Positions 55,178-64,000 of a DNA stretch of 64,000 bases are shown piece after piece. Below the pieces are notes generated by a model, which saw only the letters and a program-made list of their open reading frames with translations, ran no database searches and was not told where the DNA came from. Origin of the DNA: Alphaproteobacteria bacterium (GTDB lineage Bacteria > Pseudomonadota > Alphaproteobacteria > MPNO01); the NCBI GenBank assembly GCA_965248835.1, contig CBDFLJ010000001.1:1152001-1216000 (forward strand), in the 5' to 3' direction. Made by a program: the position numbers and the translations under genes. Numbering within the stretch: position 1 is the first letter of the stretch; each line of letters starts with the position of its first letter.

Positions 55178-57075
55178 TGTCCGAGCCGGCAGTCGACCTC
55201 CTGAGCGTCGATGATCTCAAGGTCGAGTTTCAGATCCCCGCCGGTGTGGTCAAGGCGGTCGATGGCGTCAGCTTCCGCGTCGCGGCCAACCGGACCACGG
55301 CGCTGGTCGGCGAGTCCGGCTCGGGCAAGACCGTGGTCTCGCAGGCCATTATGGGGATCCTGCCCAAATCCGCCCGCATCACCGGCGGACAAATCCTGTT
55401 CCGCGACCCGGCGCGCCCGGGCGAGGCGGTCGACCTGACCAAGCTCGCCGTCGACGGCAAGCGGATGCGGGCGATCCGCGGCGGCCGCATTTCGATCATC
55501 TTCCAGGAACCGATGACGTCGCTGTCGCCCCTGCACACGATCGGCGACCAGATCGGCGAGGCGCTGGTGCTGCACCGCAAGGCCAGCAAGGCCGAGGCGG
55601 TCGAGCTCGTCGTCGAGATGCTGCGTCTGGTCAGCTTCCCGGACCCTGGCAGGGCGGTCAAGACCTATCCTTTCGAGCTGTCGGGCGGGCTGCGCCAGCG
55701 CGCGATGATCGCCATGGCGCTGGTCTGCCGCCCGGCGCTGCTGGTCGCCGACGAGCCCACGACGGCGCTCGACGTCACCATCCAGGCGCAGATCCTCAAG
55801 CTGATCGGCGACCTCCAGTCCGAGCTCGACATGGCGGTGCTGATGATCACCCACGACCTCGGCGTGGTCGCCAACGTGGCCGAGGAGATCGTGGTGATGT
55901 ATCACGGCAAGGTCATGGAGAGCGGCCCGCTGGAGGAGATCTTTAACAACCCGGGCCATGACTATCTCAGGGGACTGTTGCGCGCGGTGCCGCGCTTCCA
56001 CATGGCGCCGGGCGAGCGTCTGGTGCCGCTGCGCGAGATCCGGCACGCGACCGGGCACCTCCTGAGCCCGCCGGCGGAAGAGCCCGCGCCGTCGGCCGCG
56101 GACCGTCCGCTGCTCGCGGTCGCGGGCCTGACCAAACGCTTCAGCCTGCGCAAGTCGGGCATCTTCGGCAGCGGCGGCGGCGAGGTGCTCGCGGTCGAGG
56201 ATGTCAGCCTGCACGTCCGTCGCGGCGAATGCCTCGGCCTGGTGGGGGAGAGCGGCTGCGGCAAGACCACCCTGTCCAAGATGATCATGCGTGCGCTCAA
56301 GCCCGATTCCGGGGAAATCGTCTTCGACGACGACGGCACGGCGGTCGACCTTGCGCGGCTGGGCGAGCGCCAGATGCTGCCCTACCGGCGCAAGATCCAG
56401 TTCATCTTCCAGGACCCCTTCAGCTCGCTCAACCCGCGGATGACGGTCTTCGACATCATCTCCGAGCCGCTGATCATCCACGCGGTGGGCGATGAGGATT
56501 ACCGCGCCGAAATGGTCCGCGAGCTGATGGCGCTGGTCGGGCTGGACCCGCGCCATCTCAACCGCTACCCGCACAGCTTCTCCGGCGGCCAGCGCCAGCG
56601 GATCGGGATCGCCCGCGCGCTCGCGCTCAGACCCCGGCTGCTGATCTGCGACGAGCCGGTGTCGGCGCTCGACGTCTCGGTCCAGGCGCAGATCCTCAAC
56701 CTGCTCCGGGACCTGCGCGCGGAACTCGGGCTGACCTACATCTTCATCTCCCACAACCTGGCCGTGGTCGACTACATCTCCGACCGGATCGCGGTGATGT
56801 GCGCCGGCCGCCTGGTCGAGACCGCGCCGCGCGAGATCCTGTTCAAGCAGCCGGTCCACCCCTACACCAGGGCGCTCCTGGCCGCGGTGCCCGAACCGGA
56901 CCCCGATTCCCGGCTCGACCTCGGGGCGCTGATGGACGGCAAGGCCTCGGACCCGGCGGAATGGCCGGCACCGTTCACGCTGGACGGGGCCGGCGGCGCG
57001 GTGCTGCACGATCTCGGCGGCGAGCATTTCGTGCGCGCGAGGGACGGCGCAAGCGGCGCGGAACTGCTGCAATGA
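55177..57075 (+). CDS. Dipeptide/oligopeptide-type ABC importer, fused double ATPase
   Basis: Two NBDs: [20 protein letters not shown] and [24 protein letters not shown]; HPYT. Confidence 0.93.
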   Translation: MSEPAVDLLSVDDLKVEFQIPAGVVKAVDGVSFRVAANRTTALVGESGSGKTVVSQAIMGILPKSARITGGQILFRDPARPGEAVDLTKLAVDGKRMRAIRGGRISIIFQEPMTSLSPLHTIGDQIGEALVLHRKASKAEAVELVVEMLRLVSFPDPGRAVKTYPFELSGGLRQRAMIAMALVCRPALLVADEPTTALDVTIQAQILKLIGDLQSELDMAVLMITHDLGVVANVAEEIVVMYHGKVMESGPLEEIFNNPGHDYLRGLLRAVPRFHMAPGERLVPLREIRHATGHLLSPPAEEPAPSAADRPLLAVAGLTKRFSLRKSGIFGSGGGEVLAVEDVSLHVRRGECLGLVGESGCGKTTLSKMIMRALKPDSGEIVFDDDGTAVDLARLGERQMLPYRRKIQFIFQDPFSSLNPRMTVFDIISEPLIIHAVGDEDYRAEMVRELMALVGLDPRHLNRYPHSFSGGQRQRIGIARALALRPRLLICDEPVSALDVSVQAQILNLLRDLRAELGLTYIFISHNLAVVDYISDRIAVMCAGRLVETAPREILFKQPVHPYTRALLAAVPEPDPDSRLDLGALMDGKASDPAEWPAPFTLDGAGGAVLHDLGGEHFVRARDGASGAELLQ

Positions 57076-58994
57076 CCGCGCCGATGATCCCGGCGGCCGC
57101 CGTGCTGGCGCTGGTGGCCGGCGCCGCCGCTGCGGCCGGGATCAAGCCGGTCGAGACGCCTTGGCTTGCCGCCGCGGTCGCGGCGGGAAAGCTGCCGCCG
57201 GTCGCACAGCGCCTGCCGCAAAGCCCGGCGGTCGCCGATTTCGCGCCCGCCTGGCGGGTGATCGGCCGGCATGGCGGGACGCTGCGGCTGGTGATGGGCC
57301 TGGCCAAGGACATCCGGATGATGGTGGTCTACGGCTATGCGCGGCTGGTCGGTTACGACCACGAGGGCAACCTGCGCGCCGATATCCTCGAGCGCTACGA
57401 GGTCGAGGGCAGCCGGCGGTTCCGGCTCCACCTGCGCAAGGGCCATCGCTGGTCCGACGGCGTGCCGTTCACCAGCGAGGATTTCCGGTATTTCTGGCAG
57501 GACATGGCCAACAACCCCGAGCTGTCGCCGCTGGGTCCGCCCAAGCTGATGGTGGTCGAGGGCGAGAAGGCGCAGTTCCGCCAGATCGACGCGCACACGG
57601 TCGAATACGCCTGGTCGCGGCCCAACCCCTATTTTCTGCCGGCGCTAGCCGCGGCAAGGCCGTTCTACCTCTACCGCCCGGCGCACTATCTCAAGCGTTA
57701 CCACGCCGCCTATGCCGACCCGAAGACGCTCGCCAGGCTGGTCGAGACGTCGCGGCGGCGGAACTGGGCCTCGCTCCACAACCGCATGGACAACCAGTAC
57801 AAGAACGACAATCCCGACCTGCCGAGCCTGCAGCCCTGGATCAACCGGCAGAAGCCGCCGGCCAAGCGCTTCGTGTTCGAGCGCAACCCCTATTACCACC
57901 GCATCGATCCGGCCGGCCGCCAGCTTCCCTATATCGACCGGGTGGCGCTGCATATCGCCGACGGCAAGATCATTCCGCTCAAGACCGGCGCGGGCGAAAC
58001 CGATCTGCAGGCCCGCGGGCTGCATTTCAACGACTACACCTTCCTCAAGGCGGGCGAGGAGCGCGAGAACCAGCGGGTGCACCTGTGGCGAACCGCCAAG
58101 GGCGCCAAGCTCGCCCTGTTCCCCAACCTCAATGCAAGCGATCCAGTGTGGCGCGCGCTGTTCCGCGACACCCGATTCCGCCGGGCGCTGTCGTTGGCGA
58201 TCGACCGGCACGAGATCAACCAGGCGATCTATTTCGGTCTCGCGATCGAGGGCAACAACACCGTCCTTCCCGGCAGCCCGCTGTTCCGTAAATCCTATCA
58301 GACCAACTGGGCGAATTTCGACCTCGAGACCGCCAATCGGCTGCTCGACGAGATCGGTCTGACCGGGCGCGACCGACGCGGACTGCGGCTGCTCCCCGAC
58401 GGAAGGCCGATGGAGATCATCGTCGAGACCGCGGGCGAGGACTCCGAGCAGTCCGACGTGCTGGAGCTGGTGCACGACACCTGGCGCAAGATCGGCATCA
58501 AGCTCTACACCAGGCCGTCCCAGCGCGAGGTGTTCCGCAACCGCATCTTCGCCGGCCGGACCCTGGTCTCGATCTGGTCGGGCCACGAGAACGGGCTGCC
58601 GAACAGCGCCACCATCCCCGACGAGTTCGCGCCGACCAGCCAGCAACAGTTCCAATGGCCCAGATGGGGCCAGCACTACCAGACCAAGGGCAGGCTGGGC
58701 CGGGCGCCCGACCTCGCCGACGCAACCGCGCTGCTTCGCCTCAACCGCGCCTGGGTGGAGGCGGCAAGTCCGGCCGAGCGCGAAGCGATCTGGCACCGGA
58801 TGCTCGAGATCAACACCGCCAACGTGTTCACCATCGGGCTGATCGCCGGCACGCTGCAGCCGGTCGTGGTCAGCAACCGGCTGCGCAACGTTCCGGAAAA
58901 GGGCGTCTACAACTGGAACCCGGGCGCGCATTTCGGGGTCTACCGGCCGGACCTGTTCTGGCTCGACGGCCCCAAGTCCGCCGCCGGCCGCTAG
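57072..58994 (+). CDS. ABC transporter substrate-binding protein (family 5)
   Basis: Signal peptide, LPPV.QRLP, LRKG.RWSDG.PFT.ED, RNPYY..D..G.QLPYID. Confidence 0.9.
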   Translation: MTAPMIPAAAVLALVAGAAAAAGIKPVETPWLAAAVAAGKLPPVAQRLPQSPAVADFAPAWRVIGRHGGTLRLVMGLAKDIRMMVVYGYARLVGYDHEGNLRADILERYEVEGSRRFRLHLRKGHRWSDGVPFTSEDFRYFWQDMANNPELSPLGPPKLMVVEGEKAQFRQIDAHTVEYAWSRPNPYFLPALAAARPFYLYRPAHYLKRYHAAYADPKTLARLVETSRRRNWASLHNRMDNQYKNDNPDLPSLQPWINRQKPPAKRFVFERNPYYHRIDPAGRQLPYIDRVALHIADGKIIPLKTGAGETDLQARGLHFNDYTFLKAGEERENQRVHLWRTAKGAKLALFPNLNASDPVWRALFRDTRFRRALSLAIDRHEINQAIYFGLAIEGNNTVLPGSPLFRKSYQTNWANFDLETANRLLDEIGLTGRDRRGLRLLPDGRPMEIIVETAGEDSEQSDVLELVHDTWRKIGIKLYTRPSQREVFRNRIFAGRTLVSIWSGHENGLPNSATIPDEFAPTSQQQFQWPRWGQHYQTKGRLGRAPDLADATALLRLNRAWVEAASPAEREAIWHRMLEINTANVFTIGLIAGTLQPVVVSNRLRNVPEKGVYNWNPGAHFGVYRPDLFWLDGPKSAAGR

Positions 58995-59014
58995 CGGGAG
59001 GGCAGACGGGAACG

Positions 59015-60013
59015 ATGATCGGATATGTCGTCCGCCGCCTGCTGATCATGATTCCGAGTCTGCTGGCGATCAGCCTGATCGTGTTCGTGATCATCCAGCT
59101 GCCGCCGGGCGACTACCTGACCAGCTACGTCGCCGAGCTCCAGGCTCAGGGCGAATCCGTCAACGAGCAGAAGCTTGCCTTCCTGCGCCAGCAATACGGT
59201 CTCGACCGGCCGGGATGGGAGCAGTACCTGCTGTGGCTGTCCGGCATGCTGCGGGGCGATTTCGGCTTCTCGTTCGAGTTCAACCTGCCGGTCAGCGAGG
59301 TGGTCGGCGATGTCTTGTGGCTATCCTTCATCGTCTCGTTCAGCACCATCGTGTTCACCTGGGTGGTGTCTTTCCCGATCGGGGTCTACTCGGCGACCCA
59401 TCAGTATAGCTGGGGCGATTACGGGATGACCTTCATCGGCTTCCTGGGGCTGGCGACACCCAACTTCCTGCTCGCTCTGGTGCTGATCTACCTCGCCAAG
59501 CTGTGGTTCGGCACCTCGATCGGCGGGCTGATGGAGGCGCAGTTCATCGGCCAGCCCTGGTCGTGGGCCAAGATCGTCTCGATCCTGGAGCATCTGTGGA
59601 TCCCGGTGGTGGTGATCGGCACCTCGGGCACCGCCGGGATGATCCGCCGGCTGCGCGCGAACCTCCTCGACGAGCTGGAGAAGCAGTACGTGGTCACCGG
59701 CCGCGCCAAGGGCCTGCCGCCGGGCCGGCTACTGATCAAGTACCCGCTGCGCATGGCGCTCAACCCGTTCATCGCCGACATCGGCAACCTGCTGCCCCAG
59801 GTCATCTCGGGCGCGGCGATCGTCTCGGTGGTGCTCGACCTGCCGACGACCGGGCCGATGCTGTTGCGCGCGCTGCAGAGCCAGGACATGTATCTGGCCG
59901 GCTCTTTCCTGATGTTCCTGGCAAGCCTGACGGTGGTCGGGGTGTTCGTCTCCGACCTCGCGCTGGCGATGCTCGATCCGCGGATCCGCCTCCAGGGAGG
60001 GCGCGAGCGGTGA
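59015..60013 (+). CDS. ABC transporter permease (OppB-like)
   Basis: YVVRRLL, QLPPGD, YGLD, GDFGFS, YV.T.RAKG, LDPRIR. Confidence 0.92.
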   Translation: MIGYVVRRLLIMIPSLLAISLIVFVIIQLPPGDYLTSYVAELQAQGESVNEQKLAFLRQQYGLDRPGWEQYLLWLSGMLRGDFGFSFEFNLPVSEVVGDVLWLSFIVSFSTIVFTWVVSFPIGVYSATHQYSWGDYGMTFIGFLGLATPNFLLALVLIYLAKLWFGTSIGGLMEAQFIGQPWSWAKIVSILEHLWIPVVVIGTSGTAGMIRRLRANLLDELEKQYVVTGRAKGLPPGRLLIKYPLRMALNPFIADIGNLLPQVISGAAIVSVVLDLPTTGPMLLRALQSQDMYLAGSFLMFLASLTVVGVFVSDLALAMLDPRIRLQGGRER

Positions 60014-61170
60014 GCGGCGAGGCCAGGTTGCCGCACTACGTCTCGCCCGAGCCGTTCGACCCCCATGTCGCCGAAGCGCTCACGCCCGAGCAGGAACGCT
60101 TCTACATGGCCTCCCAGTGGCGCATGGTCTGGTGGCGCTTCCGTCGCCACCGCCCGGCCGTCTGGTCGGGGGTGTTCCTGCTGGCGATGTACGCCTCGAT
60201 CGTGGTCTGCGAGATCCTCGCGCCCTACAATCTGCATTCCCGCAACACCGACTTCATCTTCGCCGCGCCCCAGCCGGTGCACCTGTTCCACGACGGCGCG
60301 CTCGTCGGGCCGTTCACCTACGGCACGACCTATCGTCTGGACATGACCGAGCTTCGCCGCGTCTACGGCGAGGACAAGTCTGTCATCCACCGGATCCGGT
60401 TCTTCTGCCTGGGCGACGGTTACGACCTTTGGGGCCTGATCCCCGGCCGCTTCCACATCGTCTGCCCGCACCCGGAGGGCACGCTGTTCCTGTGGGGGAC
60501 CGACCGGCTGGGCCGCGATGTCCTGTCGCGGATCATCTACGGCGCGCGAATCTCGCTCACCGTCGGCCTGATCGGGATCTCGATCAGCTTCATCCTCGGC
60601 ATGGCGGTCGGCGGGCTCGCCGGCTATTACGGCGGCTGGGTGGACAACATCACCCAGCGGGCGATCGAGATCATTCGCTCCTTCCCCGAACTGCCGCTGT
60701 GGATGGCGCTGTCCGCCGCGCTCCCGGTGAACTGGAGCCCGATCCTGATCTATTTCGGGATCACCATCATCCTGGGGCTGCTCGACTGGACGGGGCTCGC
60801 GCGCGCGGTGCGCTCGAAGCTCCTGGCGATCCGCGAGGAGGATTTCGTCGCCGCCGCCGTGGTCATGGGCGCGCGCCCGGGGCGGGTCATCTTCCGCCAC
60901 ATGATGCCGTCGTTCATGAGCCACCTGATCGCCTCGGCGACGCTGTCGATCCCGGCGATGATCCTGGGCGAGACCGCGCTCAGCTTCCTCGGCCTCGGCC
61001 TGCGCCCGCCGATCACGAGCTGGGGCGTGCTCCTGGCCGAGGCCCAGAACATCAACGTGGTCGCGCTCTATCCCTGGCTGATGCTGCCGGTGGCCCCGGT
61101 CATCCTGGTGATCCTCGCCTTCAACTTCCTGGGCGACGGCCTGCGGGACGCGGCCGACCCCTACCGCTGA
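60010..61170 (+). CDS. ABC transporter permease (OppC-like)
   Basis: GTDRLGRD..SR..YGARISL, EEDFV.AA...GA, ETALSFLGLG, GDGLRDAADP; GTGA overlap. Confidence 0.92.
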   Translation: MSGEARLPHYVSPEPFDPHVAEALTPEQERFYMASQWRMVWWRFRRHRPAVWSGVFLLAMYASIVVCEILAPYNLHSRNTDFIFAAPQPVHLFHDGALVGPFTYGTTYRLDMTELRRVYGEDKSVIHRIRFFCLGDGYDLWGLIPGRFHIVCPHPEGTLFLWGTDRLGRDVLSRIIYGARISLTVGLIGISISFILGMAVGGLAGYYGGWVDNITQRAIEIIRSFPELPLWMALSAALPVNWSPILIYFGITIILGLLDWTGLARAVRSKLLAIREEDFVAAAVVMGARPGRVIFRHMMPSFMSHLIASATLSIPAMILGETALSFLGLGLRPPITSWGVLLAEAQNINVVALYPWLMLPVAPVILVILAFNFLGDGLRDAADPYR

Positions 61171-61200
61171 TCGATCGCGGCAGCGGCCTCGCCCGGGCGA

Positions 61201-62547
61201 TCAACCCGCCAGGACCACCAGGTCGACCGGGTCGGTGATGCCTTCGATGCGGCGGGCCTCCAGCGCTGCGACGGTCCGGCCGGGCGAAAAGCCCTGGCGG
61301 AGCGCGCGCTCGTAGGTATCCCGGTCGGCGAGCGCGCGGACGCGCTCGGCCTTGGTGTGCTTCTCGAGCTTGGCCGACAGGTTCACCGGCTCGCCGATCA
61401 CGGTGTATTCCAGCCGTGTGTCGTCTCCCACCGCGCCGAAGATGATGCGCCCGGTGGCGACCGCCGCGCCGATCCCCAGCGGGGCAAGGCCGGCGGCCTC
61501 GCGCTCGCGGTTCCAGGATGCGGCCGCGTCCATGATCGCATCGACCGCGCGCAGCGCATCGGCGGCGTAGGTCTCGGTCGGCACCGCCGCGCCGAACGTC
61601 GCCAGGATCCCATCGCCCATGAACTTGTCGATCGCTCCGCCATGGTCCTGGATCAGCGGCACCAGCAGGCGCTGATAGGCAGTCAAGGTGCCGATCAGGA
61701 CGTTCGGCGCGACGGTGTTGGCATAGGTGGTGAAGCCCCTGATGTCGCAGTTCAGGATGGCCGCCTCGCGGACCTGGCCCTGGCCGACTGCCACGGCCTC
61801 CTCGGACGCGGTGATCTGCTGGGCGATTTCCGGCGAGAAGAAGCGCGACAGGTCGGCCACGGCGGTGCCTTCGGCGACCGAGCGCACCAGCAGCCGGCGC
61901 GCGCGGGTGATCGCCACCGCGATGATCGCGGTCACCGTCAGAATCGAGATGATCTTGTCGAATTCGGCCCCGATCAGGATCGCGTTCGTGGTCATGTAGA
62001 GCACGTAGTCCCGCGTGAGGACGCCGGGCTCCTGGCCCGCGTACAAGGCATAGCCGGCCAGCACGGTCCAGCCCAGCGCGGCCACCACGCCGGCGACGAT
62101 CACGAACCGCGCCTCGAACCGCAGCGCGCGCAGCGCGATGAAGATGAACACGTAAAGCGTCGTCGGCGCCTTGAGATAGAACGACGGCGGCTGCATGTAC
62201 TGGATGTGGAAACTCCAGATCAAGCCGAGCAGCAGCAACATGTCGATCACGGTGGAAGCGTAGAGCACCGCGTCGGGCACGGTGCCCCTGTAGGAGAGGG
62301 CCAGGCGCAGCACCGTGAACAGGAAATAGGCGCTCAGCACCCAGGGAACCGGCGCGAACGGCGCATCGGGCGAGAACGTCTTGGGCGAGACCAGGTAGAG
62401 CAGGCCGAAGATCACCACCACGGCGAGCTGAAACCATCCGATCAGCCGCTCGCTCGCATCCTGCTGGTCCGCGATGGTCCGCAGGACCCGGATCGGCAGG
62501 TTGCGGTAGCGGTCGCTGCCGGCCCGTAGGCGCCACCGCGCTATCAC
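61201..62547 (-). CDS. Membrane-bound class III adenylate/guanylate cyclase
   Basis: About 6 TM helices, then ILNCDIRGFT, IDKFMGDGILA.FG, EYTVIGEPVNLSAKLE. Confidence 0.92.
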   Translation of the reverse strand: MIARWRLRAGSDRYRNLPIRVLRTIADQQDASERLIGWFQLAVVVIFGLLYLVSPKTFSPDAPFAPVPWVLSAYFLFTVLRLALSYRGTVPDAVLYASTVIDMLLLLGLIWSFHIQYMQPPSFYLKAPTTLYVFIFIALRALRFEARFVIVAGVVAALGWTVLAGYALYAGQEPGVLTRDYVLYMTTNAILIGAEFDKIISILTVTAIIAVAITRARRLLVRSVAEGTAVADLSRFFSPEIAQQITASEEAVAVGQGQVREAAILNCDIRGFTTYANTVAPNVLIGTLTAYQRLLVPLIQDHGGAIDKFMGDGILATFGAAVPTETYAADALRAVDAIMDAAASWNREREAAGLAPLGIGAAVATGRIIFGAVGDDTRLEYTVIGEPVNLSAKLEKHTKAERVRALADRDTYERALRQGFSPGRTVAALEARRIEGITDPVDLVVLAG

Positions 62548-63440
62548 GTCGTGCCTCCGGGGACCGCAGCAATCCGCTTGCGCAGCCAGAGGCTCGATTC
62601 GACCGCGCCGTCGACGACCGGCAGCCAGTCCAGCACGGTCCCGGCAAGCGCATCTGCCATGCGGGTCAGCGCGTAATGGCTGGCGAAGACGATCTCGGCC
62701 GCGCCGGAGGCGATCAGCGGCGCGATCGCAAGCTGCTCGTTATAGCCGCGCCAGCTCCACGAAGCGGGGTAGCCGTCGGGCAAGAAGACATCGTGAAAAT
62801 GGACCAGCACGCCCGCGGGCAGGCGCGGCCAGATGCGGTTGATAAGGACATCCACGTCGCTTCCGGGAACCAGCAAATGGCTCGAATCGACGCTCAGCAC
62901 GTCGCCTGGGGCGAGCATCAGGCGCTCTTCGGCGACATTCTGGACCGTCATGCGCAGGAACTCGACGCCCAGCCCCTCGATGACCGCCCTGGGTTGCGGA
63001 TCGATCGCGGTTATCGCCGTCTGGCGGCCGGAATCGGCCGCGGCGGCGGCGAAGAACCGGGTCGAATGGCCGGACCCGACCTCGAGGATGCGCCCCGGGG
63101 CATGCGTGCGCACGATCGCATAGGCCGCCGCGGCGTCGAGCCGGGGAAACCAGCCCTGGGTCCAGCGCGGCGCCGGCGCCGCGCCGCCGCCGAGCGCAGC
63201 CAGGCTGTCGGCGTGGTCCTCGATCCGGGCGATGACCCGCATGATTTCCGGGCGCGCGGCGGCGAAACAGGGCTCGAGCGCCGGATACCCGTCGCGGTCG
63301 GAACCGTGCTGAAGGCTCGCGGCGTAGCGGTAAGGCAGAAAGAAGCCGCGCCGGGCGATGCCGGTGACTGTGCCCAGCCCCATCAGCATCGCCCTGACCC
63401 GCTTGGTCAGAGCCGGCGGCCGGGCGGTGCCGGGCCTCAC
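62544..63440 (-). CDS. Class I SAM-dependent methyltransferase (Methyltransf_24-like)
   Basis: ILEVGSGHST, AIDP.PR, DSSH...PGSDV, VHFHDVFLP..YP; GTGA overlaps on both sides. Confidence 0.82.
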   Translation of the reverse strand: MRPGTARPPALTKRVRAMLMGLGTVTGIARRGFFLPYRYAASLQHGSDRDGYPALEPCFAAARPEIMRVIARIEDHADSLAALGGGAAPAPRWTQGWFPRLDAAAAYAIVRTHAPGRILEVGSGHSTRFFAAAAADSGRQTAITAIDPQPRAVIEGLGVEFLRMTVQNVAEERLMLAPGDVLSVDSSHLLVPGSDVDVLINRIWPRLPAGVLVHFHDVFLPDGYPASWSWRGYNEQLAIAPLIASGAAEIVFASHYALTRMADALAGTVLDWLPVVDGAVESSLWLRKRIAAVPGGTT

Positions 63441-64000
63441 GGCACGAGGGTCTCGCCCTCCCGGGCGACCACGGCACCGGGATGAGCCCGCGCGGCGGCG
63501 TCCGCGATGGCGTCCAACGCCCGGTCGTCGCGCGAGGGCAGGTGGTGGAAGATCACCGGCACCCGGACATTGGCGGCCTTGCACAGCCTCAAACATTCTT
63601 CCCACGTCGAGTGACCCCAATCATGGAATTGGCGGAACTCCTCGTCGGTGAACATCGCATCGTAGATCACGATGTCGGCATCGGCGATCAGGTCCAAGAT
63701 GTCCCGGTTCGGCGCGCGCGCGACATGCTGGGTGTCGGTGACATAGCAGACCGCCTTGCCGTTGCACTCCACGCGGTAGCCGGTCGCCCGGTCGGGGTGG
63801 TCGAGCGCGGCGGTCCTGATCACCACGCCGTCGAAGGGCAGCAGGACCTCGCCGGCGCTGAAGTCGCGGAACGTGATATCCGCCGACATGATATCGAGCG
63901 GCACCGGGAAGAGGGGCGGTGTCATCAAGGCGCGCATCACTTCTTCGATGGTGTGCTCGGGCCGCAGGTGGCCGGCCCAGATCTGCAGCTTCTTCTTCGA
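63437..64000 (-). CDS. MBL-fold metallo-hydrolase (5' end beyond the window)
   Basis: HP...GYR, YVTDT.H, IYDAMF, WGHST, IFHH motifs; the frame is open to the window end. Confidence 0.85.
   Translation of the reverse strand, partial: SKKKLQIWAGHLRPEHTIEEVMRALMTPPLFPVPLDIMSADITFRDFSAGEVLLPFDGVVIRTAALDHPDRATGYRVECNGKAVCYVTDTQHVARAPNRDILDLIADADIVIYDAMFTDEEFRQFHDWGHSTWEECLRLCKAANVRVPVIFHHLPSRDDRALDAIADAAARAHPGAVVAREGETLVP

Noticed and set aside
1-64000. In-frame UGA (selenocysteine) read-through candidates, prompted by selABC
   Set aside because: The TGA-terminated genes I inspected end at family-typical C-termini, with no Cys-equivalent UGA or clear SECIS. A computational SECIS scan was not possible.
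1-64000. CRISPR arrays, IS elements, prophage or defence genes
   Set aside because: No regularly spaced direct repeats and no transposase, integrase or phage motifs were recognised.

Overview
High-GC (about 70% by eye) bacterial DNA, most likely Alphaproteobacteria, densely coding with about 60 genes. I found no CRISPR array, transposase, integrase or rRNA. Bases 1-27 kb and 40-45 kb are a patchwork of catabolic enzymes: four Rieske oxygenases, a flavin monooxygenase, two extradiol-type VOC dioxygenases, tandem dihydroxybenzoate-decarboxylase-like paralogs, amidohydrolases, SDRs and a TPP enzyme. glnS and cspA are embedded in this patchwork. Bases 26.8-32.4 kb carry selenocysteine machinery (selA, selB and tRNA-Sec/selC; selD is not in the window). 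Bases 32.5-39.8 kb hold yccA, ybbPA-tesA, a FIST protein, thpR and a TorF-like porin. The strongest candidate for an uncharacterised system is the block from 45.4 to 64 kb. It combines a membrane adenylate/guanylate cyclase, an MBL-fold hydrolase, a stand-alone cNMP-binding protein, an ABC exporter-like protein with a degenerate, internally expanded ATPase domain, four glycosyltransferases, a histidine phosphatase, two methyltransferases and an Opp-type importer. A second candidate is the module at 11-15 kb (His-insert Rid protein, orphan ORF, LVIVD beta-propeller, CobW GTPase, deacetylase). Smaller signals include a perfect 23-bp inverted repeat and two adjacent gene remnants near 43.3-43.5 kb. 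All family calls come from motif recognition, not database searches.
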